A stretch of DNA of 64,000 nt from Vicugna vicugna (Eukaryota). The stretch is from assembly GCA_013265495.1 (NCBI GenBank), contig MU058206.1:498001-562000 (forward strand). The letters are read 5' to 3'. Made by a program: the position numbers and the translations under genes. Within the stretch, counting starts at the first letter, position 1. Every line of letters starts with the position of its first letter. The notes under the pieces were generated by a model. The model did no database searches. It worked only from the letters and a program-made list of their open reading frames with translations, and was not told where the DNA came from. Of this stretch, positions 26,846 through 37,600 are shown in pieces.

Positions 26846-26925
26846 TTTTTTTTTTAACGGAGGTACTGGGGATTGTCTTCATGCCTGCTAAGCATGTGCT
26901 CTACCACTGAGCTATAACCTCCCCC
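26846..26925 (-). mobile_element. Short Vic-1-like SINE with B-box deletion and TSD
   Basis: Reverse complement reads ggggaggttatagctcagtggtagagcacatgcttagc...ccccagtacctcc plus poly-A; TSD tctctaattacttct / tctccaattacttct. Confidence 0.8.
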
Positions 26926-29260
26926 TCTCCAATTACTTCTAACACTTAGGTCCCCATAAGAAGGGCAGGGCACTGGACGGGGCCATACCCTTGACAGTTA
27001 TAGGGAAGCTAGGCCACATGCCTGCTGGGTTCTTTTCCAACTCTCCTCTTCTGTTATTACACAGATGTCATCTCATTGTGAGTTGGCCAGGCTTGGCATT
27101 CTTTGTATCCCCACTTTACAGATAGGGAAAACTGAGATGCAGGAGATAAGAGGCAGAACTCAACCTTGACCCCAGTCTCCTGCCTGTCAGCTCTATCCTG
27201 GGTGGTGATCTGCAGTCCTGAAGGCTGCTCATTAGAAAGGACATTCCTAGAAGAAGGGACCAGGGGTCAAGGGAGGGGAGCGGCTCCATACTTGCTAGGA
27301 CTGGATAAGCTTCAAAACTACCCCCACCCCAGGCTGGAAGCAGGAAATGAGGTGCATGAAGGAGCCAGGGATATGGGCCCTCCAAGAACTCTCCTACCAT
27401 TCTTGAACTCTGGGTGCTAGTAACAAAGAAGTTCTAGAATCTCTCTTCCTGTCCTGATGAGGACAGTGGAAAGACAGGCTACCCCTAAGAACGAACCAAA
27501 TTCCCTCATTCAATCGCAAAGCCTCATCTGATCAGGATCCAGCTTCCAACTCCTCCAGAAGACTGTCCTAGATGGCTCTCCTTCCTCTTATTTGTCTACA
27601 TAATTTCTAAATCCACCCTCCCCCACCACTAGGAAATGAGTAATTTTTCCTATTTCATTGATTCCCTAGCTAGGTCATATCTCCCCCACATGAGATGAGA
27701 ACTCCAGGAGAGGGACCAGTATCCCCATCAGACTAGGGACTCCCTGATGACAAGAAATGCCTCTCCCATCAGAAGGGAGTCTCCCCCAGGGCAGTAGCAG
27801 TGCTTCCTCTCTTAGTCGACTGACGAGAGAATGGAGAGCCCTTCTGTTCTTTATTCAAGGTCCTAGTCTAGGGTAGAGATTCTCTTGTGGATGTAGTCCT
27901 CTTTCAGTTATCCTCCGGGGTGAGCTGGAGCTTCTAACTCACACCAGCGCCCAATCCATCCTGAGTCAGCACAAATTGAATCTTTCTTTCTCTCCCTTCA
28001 ACAACTAACTCCCTGGGCTGTGTATGGGGGGCCCTCCCTACACTGTCCCATGGGAAACTCTGGGAAGCATCACATCAGGAGGTCACCAGGCCCTTCCCAC
28101 CCAACCCCTCCTTCTTCCAAAACTGCATCTTGGAAAATTAAACAACCCTCATTTACACTCCTACAACACTACCCATCCCCGCTCCCCCCACACACACACA
28201 CACACTCATCCACACACATTCAAAGCAGGTAACTGCTGCAAGGTGGAAATGAACCTATTTTCTGGACACAGTCTGGGCTCTGACTCTACCAGGCCACTCC
28301 TTCCTCCCAAAACTTCCTCATTCCCAGAGGAGGAGATGGAACACCAACAACCTTTGACCCTTCTGTGGGAGAAAGGGAGGCAGGTGAACTCCTGGGATCC
28401 GGGGAAGGAGAAGGAGAAAGAAAGGGGGCACAAACCCTGGAGAGGGAGTGGGGAGCAGGTCAGAGACAGGTTGGTGGAGAGTCCATTCGCAGAGCTGCAG
28501 AGAGGAGGAAGAAAGAGCAAGAGAAGAGCCTGGAGCTGTGGGGCCAGGGGACACAGCAGTAGAGACAGGGCTCCAGCAGCCCTGAGTGAGGCCCAAGGGA
28601 GAGGTGGAGAAGACGGCACCGGCTGCCTGCCTGCCAGGACAGGGGCGGCCCCTGGAGGGGCAGGAAAGAGGAAAGGGGCCCTGGAAGAGACCGAGTCCAG
28701 GAGAGAAGTGCAACTGCGAAAGGAAAGCCCAGGGAGGGATGGACAGCAGAGGAGGCAGTAGGCGAGGCAGTGTGGAGCTAGAGAAAGTGGTGATTCCCTC
28801 CCGTAAGGCCCAGGCTGGGGGCATCTGGCAAGAGTCGGATCCTCCTCCAAGCACCGCTGAAAATGGGGTGGGGTGGAGGACAGGGTACATTCTGCACTCC
28901 CAGGGCCCCTGTCCCTCAATCAGAGCCAAGTGGCTAGTTTCCGTCCAATCCATCAGTCCAACTCTGCACCAGACAAGATGGAGTTAAGCTCTCCCCCTCC
29001 CCCAACACCAGTTTTTTTTTTAATTAATTTCTCCGGGCAGCGGGCAGAGGGAGAGGATTAGGGACACAAATCCTATCTCCATCCCGTCCCCTGACAGCCC
29101 AGCACCCCAGCTCCAGGCGGCACCCCCCTAGGGATAGGGAAAGAAAGGCCCTTGTCGCTTCTCCCCATCCAATCCCACTCCGGGTCCCACCGCGAGCCCA
29201 AGTGATCCCCAGCTCCTCTTCCCTATCCACCTCGGGGTCCTTGGGGTCTCGGCCTCTCAC

Positions 29261-29900
29261 CTCCAGCATCTGTCATCTTCAGCGTCCGGCGTCTCGGGAA
29301 CCCCTCAGGCCCATGGTGCTGGGGGCGGAGGCCAGGCGGGAGATGGGTGAAGGACTGTCACCCCGGCCGCGGGGGGCTCTGGGCTGGCTCCATCCACTCC
29401 ATCCCGGGAGTAGGGGTAGGGGTCGGCGAGGGGGGTCCTGGAGTCGGAGGGTATGTGGGGGGAGTGGAGTTCGGAGAGAGAAGGAGAAGGTTTGCAGGAA
29501 GCAGGAGGTGCGGCGGGCGGGGCTGGACCAGGAGACCTAACGGGAGGATGCTCCGTGCGTGTGTGAGTGAGAGAGAGAGAGAGGAACGACCGCCCCGCCC
29601 GCTCGCCAGGCCCAGCCGGACGCGGGGTCCCCCGCCTGGCAGGCGGATACTCGTAGCGTCGTATCCGCGGGGATCCGCTGGGTTCACCGGGGAAGGGGCG
29701 ATGCGGGGGCGCGTGGCGGGGAGGCCAGGCGCCCGGGAGACAAAAGCGGGGGGGGGGGGGAGTACAGGGGAGGGGGGAGGCGGCCCCGCGCCGAGGCCGG
29801 GCGAGAGGATTCTAGCTGCCGCTACTCCTCGGCCAGCCGGTGGCAGTCGGGCAGGTGAGAGCAGCCAGAGAGGTGGCCCCATCTTAAGACCCACGGGGCT
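29261..29900 (-). promoter_or_regulatory. SAMD14: CpG island: probable SAMD14 promoter and non-coding exon 1 (candidate donor GAG|gtgaga at 29261)
   Basis: Dense CpG and GC boxes, ~3.6 kb upstream of the first coding exon; good 5' splice site on the minus strand. The TSS cannot be determined from sequence. Confidence 0.65.
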
Positions 29901-30154
29901 TCTGCCTCCTCTGCAAGATCTGTGAGGGTTCCTGATTCAAGCAGTCAACAGAGCAGTCGGGTGTGCCGAGGCCCAAGGGAACCAAGGGGAACAGGACCCA
30001 TCCGGTGTAGGCCCTCGGGGCTTGTGGCATTGTCAGGGTGGATGGACAAGTCCGGGGGCCCTAAGGAGCCCGGGTGCTGTAAGCCCTGGTTCACAGAGGA
30101 CACTTCAGCCCTGGGAGAGCACACTGGAGGGCACCCAGTCTCCGGGCTGGGAGG

Positions 30155-30186
<32 letters not shown>

Positions 30187-33062
30187 GAAGTGATCCGGGA
30201 GGAGTCCTGGAGGAGGTGATGTGCTGGCTACTTCTTCAGGCCAGGGAGGGCAGATGTGCTAGTGGGGCTTGGCTGGGGGTGCGGGGTGCAGGAGAGTTAG
30301 GGGATGGATGTGTCAGAAGCGGGGTAGTGGTGAAGGCAGGGCTTGCACTTTATCCTACCAGCCATAGGGAGAAAAGTAACAGATGAGGGAGGGGCTCAGA
30401 TTCGCATTTTAGGACAAACCCCTGGGCTCCTTGGAGAAGGCAGCTTGAAGGCTGGGGCATCCCTCAGGAGGGTGTTGAGAGGGGGTGGGGGGGGGGGTGG
30501 GGGAATGAAGATCTATGATCACAATAAGAACTACTCAGGATGTAGAACTGGAGAAATTGACAGGATCTGGGGACTGGCTGGCCACTGCGGGAGGAGGGGA
30601 CTAAATGGCTGCAGGTCTTGGCCTGATGCCCTGGAGATGGAGAGGCGGTGGGGGGATGAGGTCAGACTTGGACTTGGTGAACTGGAGGTGGTGGCAGGCC
30701 AGCCTGGGAAGATAATGTAATAATCAACACTAGCTACTATACTGAGCTGGTTTGGGAGGTGCACTGGTTAGGCACTGCACTAAGCACTTTCTCAGATTAT
30801 TAATGTTGCCCTCATGATAAACCCATGAGGTAGGTGTTTCTATTACCCCCTTTGTTCAAGAGTGAGTGGTGAGGTGGGGTAAGGGGGTGTCCAGAGCTCA
30901 AGGGAGAGGCATGCAGTCTGTAGGGACAGAGTTCCCTGATGGCCTGCCAGAGTCTCTGAGGCCCAGGAAGAGCTGTGGGAGGTGGCATGTTGAACCAGGA
31001 TGGTCTTGGGACCATGGATGAGGGCAGAGCTCATAACCTTTAGGTGCTCAGGTATCTAAGGAGACGTGTGTGAGTTCTGGCCTCTCTGGCTGCCTTCAGA
31101 ATCTGCTGGCAGCCATGGGTTGCTGGCTAGATTGTGGAGATCGGGGGAGGAGAGTGGTGACTCTGGAGGTCTTATTGGGGCTGTGTCTGGGGTCTTTAAA
31201 GCGGACACAGTTTGCAGGCATTTGCTGAGATCTGGGTGGTAGGCTGGAGTGGGGGTGTTGATTGTTTGGCCCCTGTAGGGAGTGGGGAGATGATGTGTAT
31301 GTAGCACCAGTGCTGGGGCGGTTTCTGTGGGAGGGTGTCTGTAGGCCACAGAATCCAGGAGGACCCCCTGTGTTCCTAATGATGCCCAAGCTTCTGGGAG
31401 TTGAGAAACCTTCATCTGATTTCCCTCCCCTCTGGCAAGTGCTGGGGCTCTGGCAAACCCACTCAGGCTCCTAAGAACTGGGGAGGTTGCAGGGCAGGGC
31501 TGGGGTAACGCCTCACACAGGCTTGCCCATGGCCGCTTGTCACAGCCCCAAACATGGACATATTTCACGAGTGAGTCACATCTCAGGCCTGAAAAACTCG
31601 CAACAAAGCTACACATCTCCAGCCCCACACCACTCAGGCTTAGATATGGGGGGGCTACTTTCCAAAAGGGTTCCATCTTTTGGAACATAGAATGGCCCAA
31701 TACATAGGCCAGATGAGGTTAGGACCCCATCCTGGATACTTAGCCCCAGTGATATTAGCAGACTCCCATGTCTGCCTCCCCATCCAGGAAGGTTCAGCCA
31801 CTTCACTTCTTGGGACTTCTTGGCTAGGGTGCCTGTGTAGGGTCTAAGTCACCTCTAACTCTGTAGACATGACCTGTGACCTTGTGGTTTGGTGGTTTCT
31901 GATCCTGGGATTTGGCCGCTTGGCTGTCTTCCCAAAATTGTTCCAAGGAAGGACCATCCACTTGTAAAAGAAAATGCCTTGAGAGACATGGCCACCATCT
32001 CCAGATTCCCGGGTGAGTCTCAGGTGGGTGGCAGGTCTGGACTGGTCCTATACAACCCTGAGGTATAGAACTAGGGGTTTTGAGAGGAACCTATGAGAAG
32101 CCAGAATTTGGCTTGACATGAATGAGACTTGTGTAACAGAGCCATCCGGAAAGGAGTGGCCACCACAGGAGCTGACTGTCACTGGTGTTCTGGTGAAGGC
32201 CACTCATCTCGGGTTTGTCAGAGACCCACCAAGGTGACCCTGAAGGGCCCTAATATTGGGACTTCCATTCTTTAGGACAAGGGGGACTGGGGAACCCACT
32301 TGGGGGCCAGGCCCCTGAACACCAGTGCCTTGTGTGCACTTCAGCTCTCACACAGCACACAGTACCTGGAGCAAGGAAAGGCTGGTGTTGGGGGATGGTC
32401 CTGCTGCCCCTACTCTCATCTCTCTCTGGGGCTTCTTTCAAGTGTTTCCCTGGAACCCTGGCATCTGTACTCCCAGACCCACTGGTATTAGAACTGGTGA
32501 GTTAGCAACCAGACCTGCTGGCACAGAGTGGGAGATTATGACTACTTAAGGCCTTTCGGGCGACCCCTAGAGGATTCTCTAGGACCCTGGGATAAAACTG
32601 CTCTATCACCTCCTACCACCAGCTGCCACCTCCAGGAAACCTTTGATCATTATGAGTACCATATACAGGGTACCTTGTGAGAGAAAGGCCTAGGTACCTC
32701 CATCAGGTTAAAGGACTTCTCAGGGGAGGGTCCTGGGGCCCACCTTACCGTATCTAACCCATCCTCTAAATTCCATTAAAGGCCTTGTAAGAAAAGTGAT
32801 GAGTCTAAGGAACACTCTAGAAACCCTGGGCTTGCCCAGAAGGAATCAATAAAAAAACAAAACAAAACATGGGTGCTGATGCGGGGGGTGGGGGGGCGGC
32901 GGTAAATGGTGGCAGAGAGGGAGTTTTCGGGAACAGGGGCTCTCTATAAAGATCCTCAGCGTCAGATGTAGCAGTGGCAGGAGACCCCTGAGCTCAGACT
33001 GGCATCTCTGCCCGCCCCCAACACGAGTCAAGAAACCAGGCAGCGAGGCTCTGGGGGCTGCT

Positions 33063-33068
33063 TTTATG
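33063..33068 (-). terminator. Probable non-canonical poly(A) signal CATAAA for PPP1R9B
   Basis: TTTATG on +. Preceded in the transcript by UGUA/UA-rich sequence (tgtatataatatatatatgtatgta). No AATAAA seen on the minus strand between the stop and this site. Confidence 0.5.
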
Positions 33069-34601
33069 GGGACGACCTGACAGAGGGCATGGTCCGTACA
33101 AAACCGGGAACAATACATACATATATATATTATATACAGAGACGCAGTCCTGCGGAAGGCGGGGCGGTGCCCCCGGCTAGGGAAACCGGAAGCGCCCCGC
33201 GGCCCCGCCCACCGGCCCCGCCCCTTCCATCTGCCGAGGCCGAGGAGGTGAAGTGCCCGGCCTGGGAACTATGACAGCCAGCTCTTTCAGGGGTTAGGCG
33301 CACGTCTGGGGGCAAGAAGGGGTTGCTGAGAAATACTGATCGATGGCAAGGTCTATTTACAGGGGACGAGGAGAAGCCAAAACGGATGGGACAGGGGTTG
33401 TCTGTTTTTTAAAAAAAGAACAAAAACCCAGGCTGAGGCAGGGGGCCATGAGAAAGAGGCAAGATGAGAGATGGATTCTGAAAGGGGAGGGGACCTGGGG
33501 GGGTCTCACTTCCCTTGGTCCAAGCCCCAATTTGGGGTTAAAGTGGGGAAACGGAGTCGATTTCACTTAGAAAGCAGGCTGCCAGCAGAGCAGCCCTGGT
33601 CTCCAAAAGGTGAGTAGTAAAATTTTGCCCTCCGGTCAAAACACTGGACAATGCGGTGTGGGTGGAGTGAGGCTGAATCTCTGATGTTAGTACAAGGCTT
33701 CCAGGTGTGGCCCTGGACAGGGCAGGACAGGGCCTGACTCTCCAGTGAGAAGCGCTCCCCTTGGCTAAAACCAGGCCCCCTAAGCTGATCTCCTCTCCTC
33801 TCTTGCATTCCCAGGCTTGGCCAGGGAACCTGGACCCCAAAGAGGCCACAGAACAGTTCCAGGAGGAGGTTATGGCTATTTGGCACCTGGGGGAGGGGAG
33901 GCACAAGGAGAAATTTAGGGCTGCTGCCCCAGTAAAAGGGGGAGCTGGAGATCAGGTGTCCTGGACTCTCCCCCTTTCACAAAGGATACATGAGAAATCA
34001 GTGCAGGGCCAGGCCCAGCCTCCAGGCTCTGGGTGGATTCTATCCCTCCTGTTTGGACAGAGCTGGGAGAAGGTGTGGAGGCAACCTCTCCCGACAGGAG
34101 GTCAGAACGCAACAGAACAGCACAATGATGGGGGAGGGGGTAAGAACTAAGAAGGTAGAATCTCAAGTCAAGAGGCCCAGGGGCCCCTCAGGAGCCCCAT
34201 GAGTAGGGAGCAGCCTCCAGGTGGTGAGATGCTGGGAGAGCCCCCAGCCCTGCTGCAGTCGAGAGACAAAGGCTGGAGGTTGTAAAGTCTGGCAGTTTGG
34301 TCTGCAGGTCCTTGTGTCCATCCACCACCCAGGCCAGCCCTTGGCATCCCATGGCCTCACTGCCTCAGCCCCATGGGCAAGAAGGAGGCCATCCTTCCAG
34401 CCACCTGTCTGCCTGGGCCACCTTAAGGGGGCCTGTGATACGAGCCCTCTGGTCCCTGAAGCTGGGGAAGGTGGGGTGGAGGGGTGGGGGGAGTGGGGGC
34501 CCCTGTCCCCAGGCTGGTAGGGGGCGGGGCGAAGTATTGAGGACAGGGGAGGGAGGACAATGGGAGGGGATTAATATTGTCCGGTCAAGGAATGATTCCT
34601 G

Positions 34602-34655
34602 TTAAGTAGAATTGGAATTCCTCAGTGTTTGCAGGTTTCCTTCCAGTTCCGAGAT
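34602..34655 (-). CDS. PPP1R9B: PPP1R9B exon 10 coding part
   Basis: [17 protein letters not shown] after a pyrimidine-rich acceptor ...ttttttag. Confidence 0.94.
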   Translation of the reverse strand: MSELEGNLQTLRNSNST

Positions 34656-37600
34656 CTAAAAAACAAAGAAGAGAGAGGGTCAGGCCTGGACACTGGGCAT
34701 GGGCCCTGCCCCTTCTGCCCTCAAGACAGAGATATGACCCTAAGTTCTCAGCCAGCAGCATGACTCCCCCCTCTCCCTCAAGGATCCACAGATCTTGTGG
34801 TGCTAGAGGTGGGGCTCACCTGCTGCTCCCTCCTGCCCGCAGGGCACCTCTGGGCCTACCTTGTCCAGGAGCTTATCCATCTCCTCCTTCCTCGCCAGCT
34901 CTGACTCCTCCAGAACCCGGCGCTGGGCCGTCTCCTTTTTCAGGAACTCAATCTCCCTGGGGATCAGTGGGGGACAGACAGCGGGTAAGGGTCTGTGGTT
35001 TGGATTCCGTCCAGAGAGCCCAGAGTCCTCTGTCTTGTCCTCAGCCCCACCTGAGCTCTGCTCCTCTCCTTGTTCTCAGGCCAGGCTTCCCAAAGCCTCT
35101 GGCTTGTTGGCTCTGGCACCATCACTACAAGCCCAGGCACCCCCACCACGGGGCCCTCCCACTTCTGTGCTTCCCTACTTGGCTGGGATGGGGAGGAAAT
35201 GCCACCCCAGGCCTCTTGCTCCTCCCCGGGCCCGGGAGCCCCGGCCCCTGGTCACATACTTCTGCTGGTAGTCCTTGATGAGGCGCTTGGCCTTGCTGTA
35301 CTTGCGCTCCAGGGCTTGGTACTGGGCCTGGGTCTCCCGCAGGTGCTCGTCCACAGCCTGGCACAGGCTCTGAGCCTCGCCCCAGTAGCCCTCCAGCTTC
35401 TCCATGCGCTCCTTGTTCTCCTCCACGCTCTGCTCCAGCTGGGCCTTCTCCACCCGCCAGCGCCCTTTCTCCTGCTCCAGGCTCTGCAGCTGAGAAAGGA
35501 AGGAACAGCCCTGGGTGGGTGGCGGGCCGAGGCTCTGGATGATTTCTGCAGGAAGGAGCCCACCGCCCCCCCAACTACTAACTCTCCTTGGCTGAGCCTG
35601 AGAACCAAAACCCAGAGAGGGAGGAGGTGGGGCCTCAGCTTCAGAGTTCCCAGCCAGGGGCCTTGACACAGTGCCTCACTCCTAGAAGGTATGAGGCCCA
35701 GGTTAGTCACTGACTAGCTCAGTCTTGTGGTAACACCACTTCTGTCTTAAGCCTTAGTCCTCCCATCTGTAATGTGTGGCTGATGCCTTGCCAAGTTCAC
35801 AAAGGCTACAGTGAGATGGTAGATGTGAAAGAACAGGGCAGGTGAGGGTCACCATTGCCCACTGGCCCCTCTCTGCAGCCCCGGTCCCACTGACCAGTCC
35901 CTGCTCTATGGCTTCCTAAACAATCCTGGTTCCTGTCCTGGCTCCCAGACTACCCCAGTGCAATCCTGGGGCCTCCCTTCTCTCTATACTCACCTCCCTC
36001 ACTGCCTCTGTACAGAGCCCAGAGTCTCCAGACCACCTCCACTCCCAGCTCCTCAGAGGCACCCTGCCTCAAACCCTGCCCCACCAGTACAGACCTATTC
36101 CTCCTTTCCTGACTAGCCCACCTCTGTCCACAGGTGCCATCATCTCACTGCCACCCCAGTGCTCAGCCTCAAGCCTCTGCCTGCCGCCTCAAGCCTCTGC
36201 CTGCCCCTCCAACCTTGTTGGCTGCAAACACCCCTTGCCCTCTGTGTCCCAGCCACACAGGTCTTCATGCAGATCCTCGGACCTGCCACATTCCCTCTTG
36301 CTGCAGGGACTTTGCCCTCACCGTTCCCTGTGCTGGGAATGCCCCCATCAACCCGCCCACTGCCTCGTCATCTCCCACTAGCTCACCCTTCAGCTCTCCG
36401 CTCAGTGTGTCACTTCCTCAGAAGTCTCCCATGATTCCCTCCAATGGCACAGCCCACACGCACCCTGGCTGCATCAGGCGCCATCAGCTCTAGGAGCTCG
36501 GTGGCCCTGTCCCCTCCTCCAGAGCCCGAGTCAGATATCAGTGTGCAGACTCTAAGCTACACAGGGCAAGGATCAAATCTGTTTTTGCCCATCACAGGGA
36601 CTAGATGGTGCTGGGTACCTACAGGGCACCCAATAGATGTTTATAAATTGAAACACCTTTGACTTGCTTCTCCCCTTTGTGCTCTGCGTCTACCCGGGAA
36701 CATGACCAGTCACCTCGACCTGGGAAACGCAACCCAATCCACTCTTCCTATCTGTACCCTCTCCCTGTGCCCTCGACAGCCCTGCCCACCCTTGCCAGGA
36801 CCCCACCCGGGGCCTCTTAACTGGTTCACGGGCCTCCAAGTCCTGCCCACCCTCATGCCTCCCACTTTGTCGGCAGTGCCCTTCCCCCTAGGGCCCCTAT
36901 ATGGCCACAGGACCAAGGCTGGAGTCTTAGCGGGGAGTCAGGATACTGTAAGAGGCAGTCCAGCTCTGCCTCCCCTTTCTCCCCCAGGAACGGCTGCCAC
37001 AGCCTGTAGGCCTCCTTCCAAAGCCAGCCTCCAAACTCATGCTTGTCTCCCTGCCAGGAATGCCCTTCTTCTGCCTCAAACATCTAAACCCTGCCCTCCC
37101 CTGGGGCTCAGCTCTACACTCTCCTCTCTCCACATGTGCTGGTCTAAGCCCACATGTGGGAGTGCACACGTGTTTACCTGGGTGCATTATGTCTGCGTGA
37201 CCCTGTGTACCCCACCTTTCCCCGCCACACTGGAAGCCCCACGGGAAATGGGACTCCTAATGTCCAGGCCCAGTAGGGGTCCAGGACAGACTTTTGATAT
37301 GAAGTCTCTGTATCTATGCCTGCAAGCGTGTTGGCACCCAGTGTGCCTGTGTGGGTGTCTGTCCATGGCACACGTGTGTGATTGTGGATGTCACGTGTGT
37401 GCACCATCTGGTAGCATCAGCGTCCGTGAGAACGCGCGTGTCCTGTGACACTCTTCCAGAGCGATGGTCATGCCTGTGCGTCTCACAGCAGACAGACACA
37501 GAGGTCTTGTCATGTGGAGCAACAGGGCCAGGGTCCCCATGTTATGTCTAAACAGAGTGGGTGTCTCTAGGTATCTGGGTGAATGGGTCTGCGGGTACTG

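Noticed and set aside
28024..28953. Overlapping 200+ aa ORFs on both strands in SAMD14 intron 1
   Set aside because: Purine/pyrimidine-skewed low-complexity sequence; no recognisable homology
32848..32853. AATAAA on + near the PPP1R9B 3' end
   Set aside because: Wrong strand for PPP1R9B and part of an A-rich tract; no + strand gene seen upstream
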